DNA from: Phoronis australis
Taxonomy: Eukaryota > Animalia > Phoronida
NCBI GenBank assembly: GCA_002633005.1
Contig: NMRA01000177.1
Location: 62,001-126,000, forward strand
DNA length: 64,000 nucleotides
Direction: 5' to 3'
How positions within the stretch are numbered: position 1 is the first letter of the stretch; every line of letters begins with the position of its first letter. This document shows, piece by piece, positions 1 through 12,719 of this stretch. The notes beneath the pieces were generated by a model. It made no database searches, was not told where the DNA came from, and worked only from the letters and a program-made list of their open reading frames with translations. Position numbers and translations under genes: made by a program.

Positions 1-1625
1 GTGTTTGTGGTGGTTGTGTTGACAGTGCTGAGGCTCTTTTCACTTTCTCGCGGAACATCGGAGAAGCGCGGTACGGGATAATTTTGTAGTTGCGTGTCGA
101 CATTCACGACACACCGGGCTTGCAACGTTTGTATGTCGTACTCGTATCCTTTGAGCTAAAACACTTCAAACTGAAGTCAGTTTTCTTTTTATTTTTCTGT
201 TTTTTGGGATATTGATTTCACCCTTGTGATATATGCTGTGCTATATAAGAAAGTATGATTAAGAAACTATGACACTGGTGATGTAGTCACTTGTCAAAAA
301 TGGTGGTGCTAAGCACTTCAAAGTTCCTTTTCGATGAATTCAACCTAGGCCAAATAGACCTTTTCTTCCTCACACCGTGAGGGTTTGCTTAAAGCAAATT
401 TTTGGGTGCAAATGTGTATTTTGTTCAATGTAAAATGTTCCAGAGAATCCAAGACTCTGGGGTAGGAATTAATTTAGGAATTACTTTAGTTCGAAGTAAC
501 TTAGATGGTTAACGTTTTTTGTCTTGAATAATTGCACCTTTCTGTTCGTTAACCCCCCACTCTGAAGCATTAATCCTTGGGCATCTTTGTGAACTTTGAC
601 CTTTTCATCTGTTGTTAGATTTATGTTTTACAATTTAACTGTCAGACCCTTATCAGATTAGCCTAAAGCATTAGATGCCTGGCATTAATAATGTAACTTG
701 GCTAAGACCTGTGCCTCTTATGTGCCTAGTTAACTGAACTGCAATGTACTACAAGAGAATATTGATTAGTTAAGTTACCTTTTATCTGTTTTAAGTGATG
801 GTGTTCTTTGGACTTGCTCCCGCGTCTAATTGTTGTGTTTTTCACCTGCAGTTTTAGTGTCCGTTAGTTGATTTTCAACCACCATTGTGCGTTACTCTGT
901 CCATTTGGCATCCCGTGTCCACATACGTCGCTATTAATTTTCGTAAAAAACCTTGAGATTTTACCTTTACGGTGGTGCAGTGTTGAGTACAAGCATTCGC
1001 CGGTCGGTTTCTGCTCATTTTTAGTCCCTATTGCGTGATCTATATTATTGTAAGAATTGATAGTAGGAAGTTTGAAGTGTTAAATATTTACGGCAAGAGA
1101 ACTGTGTGTGTAGGTGTCTGGCGTCAGTCACTTATCAGTCACTTGCAGAGATTCGGAGTGAGACAGCAAAGTACAACTGCTCCCATCGGGACTTCTTAAT
1201 TTTCCGTTATACCTTGCTTTTACTATGTCTATTAGATATGGTTGTCAAGTTTTGAAAATTCTAAAAATTTTGGCTTCTTCAGTTAGAGATTTTTGGGTTT
1301 GCACTTGTTGCTTGTTGCCCTGAAGTTTGTATTGAATCTCAAATATTTTATGAGTGGAGAGGGTGACTCTCAAGCAAGAATGTTCATTGGGCTCTGACTT
1401 GGCCCTCTCCTTCAAGTGGCATTGTTTGATCAATATCATTTTGTTTATTGCCTATTTGTAAAGTAGAAGTGTTGAATTTCTACCTATTTCCCTTCGCCCT
1501 GCTAATTATAGAAGCATGTTCACTTTTTATATAATTTTTTTAATTTCAATTGAGAGAAAAATTCTTCTGTCAAAAGTTGGTCTCAAGCGTGCATCTGAAC
1601 AGACATGCAGCATCCAAGGCCAACA

Positions 1626-1674
1626 TCTATCTCACAAACGGGTGACAACTTTTGTCACCCGTTTGTGAGATAGA
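1626..1674. repeat. Perfect 23-bp inverted repeat with 3-nt loop
   Basis: tctatctcacaaacgggtgacaa-ctt-ttgtcacccgtttgtgagataga. Confidence 0.9.
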
Positions 1675-2282
1675 GCAAGTTGCGCCCGATCATTTTGATC
1701 CGTGTCAACTATACGTCCTAACGCGAAACTGGGGCAAGGCGAAAGGGATCATCTCTGTCGCGCTTGCACAAAAACGGACATACATACAGGTGATCATTTT
1801 CGTGCATTTCTACGATTTGCCAGTCACCCTGACCATCATTTATTTTGTCAGAAATTGTCAGAATATTACATGTCACGAATTACGTACACAGGGGCGGGGA
1901 ATTAGAAACACCATAACAATAACAAAAACAACAACAACAACAATGAATTGTGATTCCTGCAGTTTGCAACTTTGCACATGTGCACTTCACATTCCTACCT
2001 ACAACTTCCGCCTTGCCACCATTTCTGAGATGTGTGGGTGTAAACCGCCTCTTGACACCAATCATCTACGCTGTGTCAACTGCACTGTGTCAAAAGTTAA
2101 TATCTAAATGGGACTTTTGCTGCACTGTTGAATTGTGGGAGAAAATTCACTCTTTCCATTCTCTAAGCTAGAACTTCTCACCACAAATGTATCTCGAGTG
2201 TCCCGTAACGTGTTCCATTTTCCAGATCTTGAAAATTGTCTGCTTGTATAACCTTTTATCTTCATGTGCTGTTTTGTTTCAG

Positions 2283-2352
2283 GAACCGATGAAGTCACGG
2301 GCACCGCAGCTACACTTGGAGTATAGATTTTATAAACAACTTGGCCAAGCAG
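2283..2352 (+). CDS. CSNK1G: Casein kinase I gamma, internal coding exon (first exon inside window; upstream exons lie outside)
   Basis: Acceptor ttttgtttcAG (2281-2282); encodes [23 protein letters not shown], typical of CK1 gamma; donor GT at 2353; 70 nt, ends in phase 1. Confidence 0.95.
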
Positions 2353-2632
2353 GTGGGTTGCTTACGAAATCTCCTGGGTATTTCTGTGTTTGTGATGACA
2401 CCACCCCACTTCCTCAAATGGCGGCCAGGGCTGTTGTGTTTGGGTCATGTGTTCACTTTGATTACTGTGTGCCAGTTTGGAAAGCATTTCCATAGCTATT
2501 CCTTCTATTGATAGCCTGCCACTTGAACGGTTTTGCATTACGTTTAATAACGGGTATTGAATAATCGCTAATAGTTAGGAAATTATAGAATATATATGTC
2601 TGTCTAATGACTAGTTGTTTCCTGTATTTCAG

Positions 2633-2781
2633 AGGGTGTACCCCAGGTTTACTATTTTGGACCGTGCGGCAAATACAATGCTCTAGTACTAGAGCTGCTT
2701 GGGCCAAGTTTAGAGGATTTATTCGACCTCTGTGAGCGTAAATTTTCTCTCAAGACTGTCTTAATGGTGGCAATACAGTTG
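2633..2781 (+). CDS. CSNK1G: Casein kinase I gamma exon (kinase subdomains IV-VIa)
   Basis: Acceptor gtatttcAG; (E)[49 protein letters not shown] with the CK1 motif [10 protein letters not shown]; donor GTAAGT; 149 nt, phase-compatible with both neighbours. Absent from the ORF track. Confidence 0.95.
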
Positions 2782-2889
2782 GTAAGTACTCTGCGCCGTT
2801 TGGCGTTTTGCGTTCAAGAACCTTTGTTATTGGTGCAATGAAAGTATGTGTTTTGTACAAGGTACTAGCAATAGAAATGTTGAAAACTT

Positions 2890-3030
2890 GCGTGCGTTCA
2901 GTAACGCTAGGACCTAGCTTAAATCTATCCAAAGTCACATGTTCTCGTTTCAAATGTACGTCAATATCTCGCGTAATATCGCAGAATTCTTGCTTTTTAG
3001 CAAGGTCTTTGCGTTACTGAACGGAAGGCT
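2890..3030 (+). mobile_element. Short (about 150 bp) interspersed MITE-like repeat, copy 1
   Basis: gcgtgcgttcagtaacgctaggacct...gcgttactgaacggaaggct with inverted subterminal motifs. The same family occurs at 35805-35958 (reverse) and 37986-38230. Confidence 0.75.
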
Positions 3031-4200
3031 TGTGTGACCTGTCTGCTGAAGATTTCTGTGTATGTATGTATGTAAGCAAAAATCCGAAAATACATCCTGG
3101 GTGGTATTTATGTTCATGTGAACCCTGAAACTTTTTCAGGTTTTATAGCAAATAAACAAAAAAAATAGCCTTTTCATCCGTAAGCTCTTTTTGCAATATT
3201 GCTGACAGCTCTTTTCTAGTAAATTACTATAAAGAGAACATCTTGGGAACTTTCCAGTTAAGCACGAGATGCACTATTGATACATCCACGTACATATTGG
3301 AGTCTGCCAAAAACATGCCTCGATGTATTTTTGCATTTGTATTTTGTCCTGAAAATACAATCTGATGAATATACACGACAGACTTTGACTCTTAATTTCT
3401 GGTAATAAAGCTAGTGCCAGTTTCGCTACGTTGTAATGCACGGCTGACAATTCAGGCATTCGACTGTAAATTTCTATCCTCCTTTGCCTCGTGAACTATG
3501 TAGTTTGAACTAGTAGGCTCAATACGGACGTTGTTTGGTTTTGACTGTGTTGTGTTATGTTCTATCACTGGATCTTTTGAAAATCGTCAGTTCAGATGAA
3601 AAGTTACTCATTTAGGCACTGGGAGAGGTCTGGCATCATGCTCATTAATACAAGGGTCAATTTGGAAAGACACGCCCATGGATCAAGTGACCTCCAGGGC
3701 TTCAAATCCATGGGTCAGTTTAGAGGACCCATGGGTCGTGTTATGCCTTTTTCTTCTGAATTTTTTGAGAGGCGTCTTCTTTCATCTGTGTTTTTGTTTG
3801 CCATCCCAATGCGTTATGTGATTGACTGTTTTTTGTTTCGTCACAGACGCTACGAAAAAGTTTGATCTGCTGTTCTGTATAAAACCTTTGAAAGTCTGTA
3901 AATAGTTACTTGTCCGCATTGCCATCGTGTTAATGCATATTACATTCTTCTGCCCACACAAAATGAGGCGTGATTGCCAACGTAATTTTAATGCCACAGT
4001 TGGGCGGAGTTGAGCAATCATAGTGCATTAACGAAATTCTTATGCACCAACGAGGCAGGACTAAAATTGTCCCTGCTAATGTGATAAATGCACGGACCTC
4101 AGTGATTATTTTCAATAAAAAAAGTCATTTGTCTAGTTTCTATGATTGTGGGTGTGTTACTGATAGCATCTTCGGGACTGATGACCTCTTTGTCTTTCAG

Positions 4201-4435
4201 CTTACGCGCATGGAATATGTGCATTCAAAACATCTGATCTACAGGGACGTCAAGCCTGAAAACTTCTTGATTGGCAGGCAGTCGAATCGCCGTCAGCATA
4301 TCATTAGTATAATAGATTTCGGTTTGGCCAAAGAGTACATTGACCCGGAAACACACAAACACATCCCCTACAGAGAACACAAGAGTCTCACTGGCACAGC
4401 TCGCTACATGAGTATTAATACACACTTAGGGAAAG
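4201..4435 (+). CDS. CSNK1G: Casein kinase I gamma exon (catalytic loop, DFG, SIN motif)
   Basis: Acceptor tgtctttcAG at 4199-4200; [25 protein letters not shown]...[12 protein letters not shown]...[17 protein letters not shown]; donor GTTAGT; 235 nt. Confidence 0.97.
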
Positions 4436-5060
4436 GTTAGTAGATATTTCAACATCACTGTAACTTGTGATGGCAGTTGTACTTCTGTTGGAGGATCTGT
4501 GTCCATTTTTGTCCACAGCGTGTCTCATTTGTATTTTTGGTAGTAGTCTGTTTTGGTGATCAGCATCTGGTTTACTGTCTGTGTGTGATTTCTCTGTAGC
4601 GCAGTTTTCTAAAAAAATCATGAATTTTGTCTGGTAAGTCATAGTTGTGGGGAAAAAGTCCAAATCTTACTAAAAACATCCAAAAGTTAATGCATCAATT
4701 TTCACTGAAAAGTAAACCCAACTTTTTTGGCAGTTGCTGTGGTTGTATACCAGTTGTTCCGGGTTTGGTATTAATTTGCTCACGTGGTGTGGATGGGAGA
4801 AGGGTATTCTACATTTTAAAGCTGCCTTTCGCCCTGTTTAGCTGGCTATAAAACGAAAATGAAATTGAGCCTTTTACTCGCATGAAATCGGTCTCACAAT
4901 AACTTGCTGTGGGAGGATTCTATTTTTGTAAGTGACAAGAAAATCAAAATCATCGGCGACTCAAGAAAACGCTTCAGACCTTATTGAGGTTGGCCAACCC
5001 TAAAATCATGAATTTGACAGTGGCACGTGTGTGCATAGCCTGTGACTTGAGTTGGCAATA

Positions 5061-5267
5061 GGAATGGAATCCTATCGTGGGAGGGTATCTTATGAGATGG
5101 ATGGTGTAAGGGAAATGGAATCCTATCATGGAAGGGTATCTTATGAGATGGATGGTGTAAGGGAAATGGAATCCTATCATGGAAGGGTATCTTATGACAT
5201 GGATGGTGTAAGGGAAATGGAATCCTATCATGGAAGGGTATATTAAGAGATGGACGGTATTGGGGTA
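5061..5267. repeat. Minisatellite, 51-bp unit, about 4 copies
   Basis: Unit gaaatggaatcctatcatggaagggtatcttatgagatggatggtgtaagg repeated head-to-tail inside a CK1 gamma intron. Confidence 0.95.
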
Positions 5268-5855
5268 AATGGTCGAATTCAATTTTCGTTTTAGCCAGCT
5301 AAATAGGGCGGAATGCAGCTTTAACCTACGAGAAATTTCCAGTTATAGACGCACGAGCTTTCTCCTCTTTGGGATAGTACAACTGTTACAATCCTGTCAC
5401 CTCCTGTTTTCGTGGGTGGCTGTTTCTCAATAATGAACACGACTAATCTGTACCTAGAAGAAATATTTTCTTGTGCTAGTTTCTTCTGCCATGAAACCCG
5501 GAGCGCCATTCCAGTTCAGCAGTTCAGTAAATAGCACACATATGCATTTCATTTGTTTTGTTTTTATTGGTTGATTGTAGATCTGATGTAGTGTGATCTC
5601 CATATTGTGTTGTGTAATTGATTCCAGCTCGTTTGTCGCTGTTAGCAACCTCTCAGTAATAACCTGTGGGGCATAAAGCTGGCTAATATTTAATATTACC
5701 TTTGTCATGCCTCAGTTGTTTCATGTTGGAAGTCGCTTTGTTGTGTGTCGCTCAAGCGTTATAATCTGTGTTACATTTGAGTCAGTCAGGTGATATTTAC
5801 TGCCATGCAGATGACATGAACTCATCCTCACTGCCGTACACGCTACTTTTTGCAG

Positions 5856-6026
5856 AACAAAGCCGGCGCGACGACTTGGAAGCCCTTGGTCACATGTTCA
5901 TGTATTTCTTGAGGGGAAGCCTGCCGTGGCAAGGGCTGAAAGCGGATACGCTAAAAGAAAGATACCAAAAGATTGGCGACACAAAACGTGCCACACCCAT
6001 AGAGGTCCTCTGTGAAGAGTTTCCAG
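5856..6026 (+). CDS. CSNK1G: Casein kinase I gamma exon (subdomains IX-X)
   Basis: Acceptor ttttgcAG; (E)[56 protein letters not shown]; donor GTAGTG; 171 nt, phase 1-1. Confidence 0.96.
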
Positions 6027-6301
6027 GTAGTGAGCCAACGGATAATTTATTGACTAAATAGGCAATAACTACTCAACTATAACTTTCTTTCCTGTGTCCT
6101 TCAAAACTCCCATAATATGAAATACTTGGATGGTTTTTCCAATTTATGGATTAAAGCTTCATGCAGCACCATCTTTGAAAACCTTCCAAAGACTTAGGTT
6201 CATGTTTTGAAATGGAATTTTATTTTATGGCAAGTTAACGTGATAAAACCTTGTAATGCGTGGAGTTCACTGATTGCTTGAATTGACTTAGTTTGTTGAT
6301 C

Positions 6302-6794
6302 CAGGGCTTGGAATTTTCCGCGGAAACGCGGATTTCCCCTTTTTTAGAATGTGCTTTCCGCTTTTTTATATTTCCGCGTAAAAAAATCGGATTTGATATA
6401 AAATTTCCGCGGCAAATTCCTTTCTTACCGCGGCGTTGCAGACGACGTTCACCTCGAAAAGCGGAAGTTGCTCTTTATGTTTCGGAGGAACGTAAATTGT
6501 CAACATTGCCGGGGCATCTGGGACAGTGTGGTGGGATTTTCTCGTGTTATTGTTAAGCGCGGCGACAAATACTACCGCTCTGCAGCCAAAAATGTGTGGG
6601 TTGGGAGTGGACGGGCGAGCTAAAAGGACGCAAATGCATGCTACTGATGGTGGTAACGTTTTTTTTTTTTTTTTTTAGTCCCGATTTTTGTCGGGGAAAT
6701 CTTGACCATTTCAAGGCTGGTTATCGGGCATGATTCGGGCCGTAAAAGTTTCAAAGTTTCTGCGTTTTTTGTCATTTGGTCATTCCACGCCCTG
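6302..6794. mobile_element. Non-autonomous DNA transposon with CAGGG termini (hAT/P-like) and 6-bp TSD
   Basis: TIR cagggcttggaat ... attccacgccctg (12/13 match); direct repeat ttgatc at 6296-6301 and 6795-6800. Confidence 0.75.
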
Positions 6795-7459
6795 TTGATC
6801 CCAGTTTGAAGTTTACGGTTTTGGCTTGACCTAGCTTAGGACTCTGTGATACTTTAGTCACATGTAAACATTTGCAGTTTCACAAACTTTAGGTTGTGAC
6901 TGATATTTGTGGACCAGTTTGTGTGGGCCTGTTTCACCGCTAAGACTTTATCAAGTATTGAGTGTCTTGTCCTGAAGAGAGTTAGGTTCAGATGATGGGA
7001 ATGTTGTGTGTTACCTGGTGTACAGGTAATTTGTCTTCGTCTCTGGTGTTTGTCTTGGCAGGAACACACAGCAACTTTTTGTACTGTACAACTGTATACC
7101 TGAACTGGGGTACATTTCATCTTCTAAAATGTTGAACTTGCCTCCGTTTGGCCATCGTGGAGATTGTTATTTTTGCAACATTAAGTTAACACTGATTGCT
7201 CCATGATTCTTTTCTGTGCTCTGTACCCATCTTTTGAGCTGAATGTTAAAGTCCAGACACGAAGGTTCTAAAGATAGGACTCCAGGCTCATTTACCACAC
7301 TACATGTAGTGCTAGCCCCAAATGCAATCTCAACGGTTGCTAGTCTTCACCGATTGGCGTTGTTCTGCCAGCTGCTCTTAATCGGCTATTATTGCACAAT
7401 TGAGAGAAAAGAAAACATGTTTTTAACGTTTGTAAAAAGCCACTTCTTTTGTTCTGCAG

Positions 7460-7614
7460 AAGAGCTTGCTCAATACTTACGCTATGTTCGTCGCTTGGAC
7501 TTCTTCGAGACCCCCGACTACGACTACCTGCGAAAACTGTTCCAAGATCTCATGGAGAAAAAGGGCTGGGAATGCGACTGGGACTTTGACTGGTCGGGCA
7601 AGCATGCTTCGTCA
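7460..7614 (+). CDS. CSNK1G: Casein kinase I gamma exon (end of kinase domain)
   Basis: Acceptor gttctgcAG; (E)[51 protein letters not shown]; donor GTGAGT; ends in phase 0. Confidence 0.95.
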
Positions 7615-7839
7615 GTGAGTAATAATGTGTGTTCCTAGACTCTTCATCTTCTTAAACTTGATGCTGGATTTCGTTGAGTTAATGCTCTTGTTTGCATTTT
7701 TGGTCTCAGGCGACATTTGTAAGGATCCACCCAATCACTTGATTACTCTTTGTGAAATTTTGAATATGTGTTATTAAGGACTGCAACACCTGCCAGTTTT
7801 TGAACGCCTGGAACTGCGTGTGTACTCGTGGCATTTTCA

Positions 7840-9340
7840 TTTTTTATGCACCCACGTATACCTATGTGGGTGTGCACTGTCATCTTCTCTTTCTCATTCT
7901 CCAACGTCCAGGTGTCGGCGTGTACTGCTGCATCTCCCTTTTAGGGTCTTCAGTAAACTTGGCAAATGTGGACGTATCTGACTACTGCTGTCCCCTTTGT
8001 GGCAACCTGATTTTTTTACATTCTTTGCTGTATCAACCTAAATGAAATTTCATGAAGCTCGGCAAATAGTTGCCTATTGAGATGACGAAGACACTTTCCG
8101 AAATTTAGAAGGATTCGACGAATTCTGTTTCCTCAAGTGGCAGTTTTTATTATTTGGATTTTTTTAGCATCTGCCTCTTAGTCTGCCAAACCACTCAAAT
8201 GATTACTATGAAATTTTACAGATGTGTTTTATTGAAAAGAGCTCAGCTGACATTGATTATTGTAGGGTTCCTTCTTTTGCGGCACCCCCTTCCTTCATGG
8301 ATATTGTGAAATTTGGTATATGAGGATACCACAGCTGACAGTGATTTTCGGAGGCTCCTAACCACTGTAGGGCCTCTAAGTGGCATTTTTTTGCCTCTGC
8401 CTAAATAAATTTGTTGTATGTGTTCTTATTGTGGAGAGCACAGCTGATGTTCGAGTCTGACTAATTGGGTGTCGCCCTAGTGACAATTTAAGTTTTTTCA
8501 AATATGTCTCAATGTCTGACAAGTTCATTGATAGATCTTCATGGAATTTAGCAAATAAGTTTATGTAGGTGGCGACAACACTTGCCCAGATTCAGAAACA
8601 TTAAACCTGTGTGTGCCCCTTCGTTGCTATTTTTGTTTTTCTCTGTTTTCTGACGTGTCTCCCTGTCTACCAGTCACCTGAAGACAGTGAAGAATAAGCA
8701 TGAAAGTTTGACAGCACTGTTCCTTTTGAGGAGAGCTTGGCCGGCATGTTTAAGACAGAATTGTTGAGTTTCGTTTTGGCAATGTTAGTTTTGTTTGCAT
8801 CTGTCTCAGTGTCTACCAAGTTCTTTGATCGTTTATAGAATTTTGGATGTGTGATCCTACTGATCATGGTGTGGACTGCCATTGATTTTCAAACAGTTTC
8901 GACTACTTTTGCACCCGCAGTAGCATTTTTTCACGCTCCTGACTCGATGCCTAACAAATTCCTTGTTGGTTTTTGATGAAGTTTAGCACGTGTTCCCATT
9001 GAGGGTAACACTTTTGATGTTAATTTTTGGATGGATTCGACGACGGTGGTGCTCTTATTGGTATGGCGCTTCATTGTGTCTGCCTCAATATCAACCTAGT
9101 TGTGTGAAGGATCTTCATGAAATTTAGCATATTCGTCCCTGTTGAGGAAAGCTCAAATAGTGTTGATTTTTGGACACATCTGATTAACTCGGCGCCCCCT
9201 AGTGACAGGTTATTGCACCTGCCTTAATATGTTCCAAGGTGTTTGGTGGATGTCATTAGTTTTTGCTGACTTTGACTACCAGCAGCTTCCCCTGGTGTCT
9301 AAAGTGCTTCGGGGTTTGTTCACAATTGTCGCCATTTTCA
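7840..9340 (+). mobile_element. Degenerate Helentron/HINE-like element with internal tandem repeats
   Basis: Starts tttttatgcacccac...gtgggtg (short hairpin), followed by recurring diverged units containing catgaaattt(a/g)g and (g)cccctagtg motifs; related copy at 14497-15510. Family assignment rests on architecture only and the ends are approximate. Confidence 0.5.
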
Positions 9341-9837
9341 AAATATACTTTTTTCCAACCTACCTTTCCCATCCTGCAAACGTGTACCAGGATTTATTTA
9401 AAACTGTAATCTGTATCTATATGTCGACCATTGCCAAATGTCCATGACAACACACAATCAAAGTGATATAAAAGCTGTTGGTTGTTTGCCATGTTTATTA
9501 AATAAGTAAGCATTGAAGTTTGTCTCCTTGCCTTGTTATTTTTATGTCATCAATAGCGTATGCCAGCAGTAAGCCTCAACCTCTCCCTCCCTATAGCTTA
9601 CGTTTTGTGCCATGTCGGCATTGTAGGAAGTGTCATGTAGTGGTCCAAGTAGTTCAGTTTGAGCTCAAAAGTCAGGTGACAGCTCCTGTCTACACTCACT
9701 GATTAGTCAGTTACAACAATTATGTTTGGATATTTACAGCAATTGGGAGTGTATAGGTCAGGCTTAAAAGACAACTAATGTTGTAAGTAGGTCCGTGTGT
9801 TGGTTGTTTGTTTCATCTCATGTTTCATTTTAACCAG

Positions 9838-9915
9838 GCCAACAGTGCTGTTCCCGAACACACACCATCACCAGGCAGGGATCCAAGAGGTCGCCACCCC
9901 AGTCAAAACAACAAG
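9838..9915 (+). CDS. CSNK1G: Casein kinase I gamma C-terminal tail exon
   Basis: Acceptor tcattttaaccAG; ANSAVPEHTPSPGRDPRGRHPSQNNK (78 nt, phase 0-0); donor GTATGT. A C-rich island in a GT-rich intron. The sequence is poorly conserved, so support is mainly structural. Confidence 0.75.
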
Positions 9916-10288
9916 GTATGTGTCTGCTTTCCCTTAGATTGCTGTAGTTTGCTGTAGATTGCTGTACTCTTTAATGTCACTGGGCAATATATGCAGCAGT
10001 ACACAGAATGGAGTTCTGTCCACACTGTTCCAGTATTTAGTAACTGTGTTCGAACAAGTACATAAGTTTCGTGTACTTCTTTTAGTTCACTTACGTTTTC
10101 CTGAAATCTCCCTGACCGTAATAACTTGTAACTTTGCCACATTTTACAAACATCTTTTTGTGTCTAACGGTTATCCGGTAAACTTATCGCAATTGTTCTT
10201 AGTCGGAACAATTTATTTTCTGTGTTAAGGCCAGCACTCTAGATTATTAAAAAGGATTCCAATGATAAAAAACGAGTGACAACACTTA

Positions 10289-10612
10289 CCGTAATCGTTC
10301 GGGTTAACGCCCTGGGCGGTTAAATTGGCGAACCCAAAAAATCGGGGGTGGGCGGTTAACCAGACATGGGCGCTTAAACGTGAAATTTCAAGAAATCGGG
10401 GGGGGGGNCGTTTCCTATTAGCACAGGGCGGTAATCACCAATCGTCAAAAGTAGGGGATGGGCGGTTAACCGAGCAGTGGGCGGTTAATTGGAAATCTTC
10501 AAAAATAGCAGGGGGGGGCGGTTAACCGAGCAGTGGGCGGTTAAATCGAAATTCACCTAAAGTAGGGGGTGGGCGGTTAACTGAGCATGGGCGTTAACCC
10601 GAACGATTACGG
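10289..10612. mobile_element. Tc1/mariner-superfamily (Tc2-like CCGTA termini) MITE
   Basis: Perfect TIR ccgtaatcgttcgggttaacgccc ... gggcgttaacccgaacgattacgg; TA duplications at 10287-10288 and 10613-10614; internal repeated gggcggttaa motifs. Confidence 0.9.
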
Positions 10613-12629
10613 TAAGTGTCTGGATATGCAACAATATGTGAATGGGTTAAATGCTTCAAAGTGCCCAAAACCACCATTCTCCTGTGAACCACCATGTAAT
10701 TGGTTTTGACACTTCATCGATAGCCTTTTCGATAGAACTGCATTTCATGGTTGTGAATTCACTTTTGCAAAAACGAGGAAGTAGAAGACCACGGATTTTC
10801 ATTGTAAGATTACTGGTATCATCGATTTGAGCTTGCTGTGTGAAGGTTACTATAGGTACACTGTCAAAACTGGGTCACGAGGCTTATCAACTGGAACTTG
10901 GTGTGAGTTTTTTGTTTGAGTCTGTGGTGTTTGCATGCTTTTTGATGTCACGTGAGAAACTGAAGATTGTTACACCGTCATCAAACGCTGCAATCTTTAT
11001 TAGACCAATGCGTCAGCATTCCACTTAAGCCATGATAGTGGACGACAGTTTGTCGATCTTTTCCGCTAAACTCAACAGAGGTTCACTAATTTTTGGATTT
11101 GTTGTATCCTGTGGTGCACAGCGTAGTTAAGTAATAATTACTTATAAGTGAACAATGGTAATTAGTGTTCTGTTGGGCAGTTTGTACGGGTGTTCTGATG
11201 AAAAGGCAGATCATTGCAAGCTGGTGATTTGGGCTCTTAAACAGCTGGAATTCGATAAGTTGTTTTTCAAAACTGGAGTATGTGGTCTGACTTCCCCACT
11301 AATTGGCACAGGGCACTGTATAGCTTAAGCCCACCTCCCCCCGCCCTGCCCCAAAAGACGATAATTAACCTGTCCACTTTTCTTCTTTGTCTGTTTGTCA
11401 AGGAGATGATGATGTCTTTCATAAGAGCTTATCTGTTCCTATCCAATGGCTTTGAAAATCAGTCTAGTCGTAGGGTTGTGTAAAAGGGTCACAACACCTC
11501 TGGTGGTGCTAAATTGTTTCTTTCTCCAACAGACATCTTTCTTCCGTGTTCAGTGATTCAAGATGTGTCTGGCTGTAAAACAACTGATTCTATTAAAGGG
11601 CATTTCAAAACCATCAACTGCATGTTTACTTTTAAAGTCAGTTTATGTCAACAGGTTTCTATTAATTATAAAGCTGTTTTCGAGCATAGCATATAGAGTT
11701 TGTCAATCCAATATTGAAATTAAATTAAATTCTTGAAAGAATTCCAAATAGGTCATAGGGTCGTTGTTCAGCAGAATCAAATTTTGAATTCACTGTGGAC
11801 TTGGTGTTGTGAAGTGTTGATAGAATTTTGGTCGTCCTTGTCAAAGCATACTTTTGAGTGTACAAATGTTGCTTAGTTCATGATAGCTTGACCCTGACAA
11901 GTGCTGAGAAACCACGGATGTGTCACTTTGTCCAATCATAGCTTGTGTGTTGCGATTCATTAATACTAATTAGGTCCTGGAACAATCACAGTGCAAACTG
12001 TTAATTAGCAGCAAGTCATTTTGTGTGCATAGCTGGCTTATTGATGTCCCCTATTTCCTGTTAAGACACGTCTTGAGGAAATGTTTAATGAGGATTTCGC
12101 AAATTTCTGTATCATGTTCGAGTAAGTGTGTTAGCTGTGCAGCAGTCAGCATCCAATTCATGACCAAATAGAAGACCAATTCACGTTCATGAAGATTTAA
12201 GAGTGGAGGCCATAGGGTAGACTTCTGAAGTACGATCAAAGTTGCACTCTCTCGGTTGATTTTCCGTAGGAAATCTAATGCTAGTCAAACATAACCTGTG
12301 GTTGTCAACTGGAATTTAATGATTTATGACCTGCTTTCTATTAAACTGGTCAGTTGTGTAATGTAGAGGTCACTTTCTGCTTGATCAGCGTTGTTGTCCT
12401 GACTTAAAAGCATGCTAACTTCTTCCTTGGTTTTCGACAAGTCAGCGCTCTATCCACTACTAATCCAACTTCATTGCTTCTCCAGACTAACTGCTTGTCT
12501 AGCCCTCCTAGGTCTTGAACAGCTCGCCATCTTTTCCTTCACTGCTGATTCATAATTCGGAACACTGCGAAAACTCCATTCCCGCTGGGAAGTTACAAGG
12601 TTTTAATGGTGTGTGTGCGATATTTGCAG

Positions 12630-12719
12630 GCTCGTGGCGCCTGGCCTGAACCACAGCGACAATCTCAATTACTGGGACCCAACCCTCCTTCTGCTGATAA
12701 GCATGGTGGCTCAGTACAG
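12630..12719 (+). CDS. CSNK1G: Casein kinase I gamma C-terminal tail exon (possibly alternatively spliced)
   Basis: Acceptor atttgcAG; ARGAWPEPQRQSQLLGPNPPSADKHGGSVQ, whose end resembles the ADRHGGSVQ motif of CK1 gamma tails; donor GTATGT; 90 nt, phase 0-0. Confidence 0.8.

Noticed and set aside
1652-2107. 151-aa ORF in the first visible CK1 gamma intron
   Set aside because: Non-ATG start, includes a simple (ACA)n run, no domain, and not similar to the missing N-terminal kinase exon.
5052-5282. Repetitive ORFs (MESYHGRVSYEMDGVRE)n on both strands, or a CRISPR-like array
   Set aside because: A 51-bp minisatellite with no unique spacers, inside a eukaryotic intron. The unit length is divisible by 3, which explains the ORFs.
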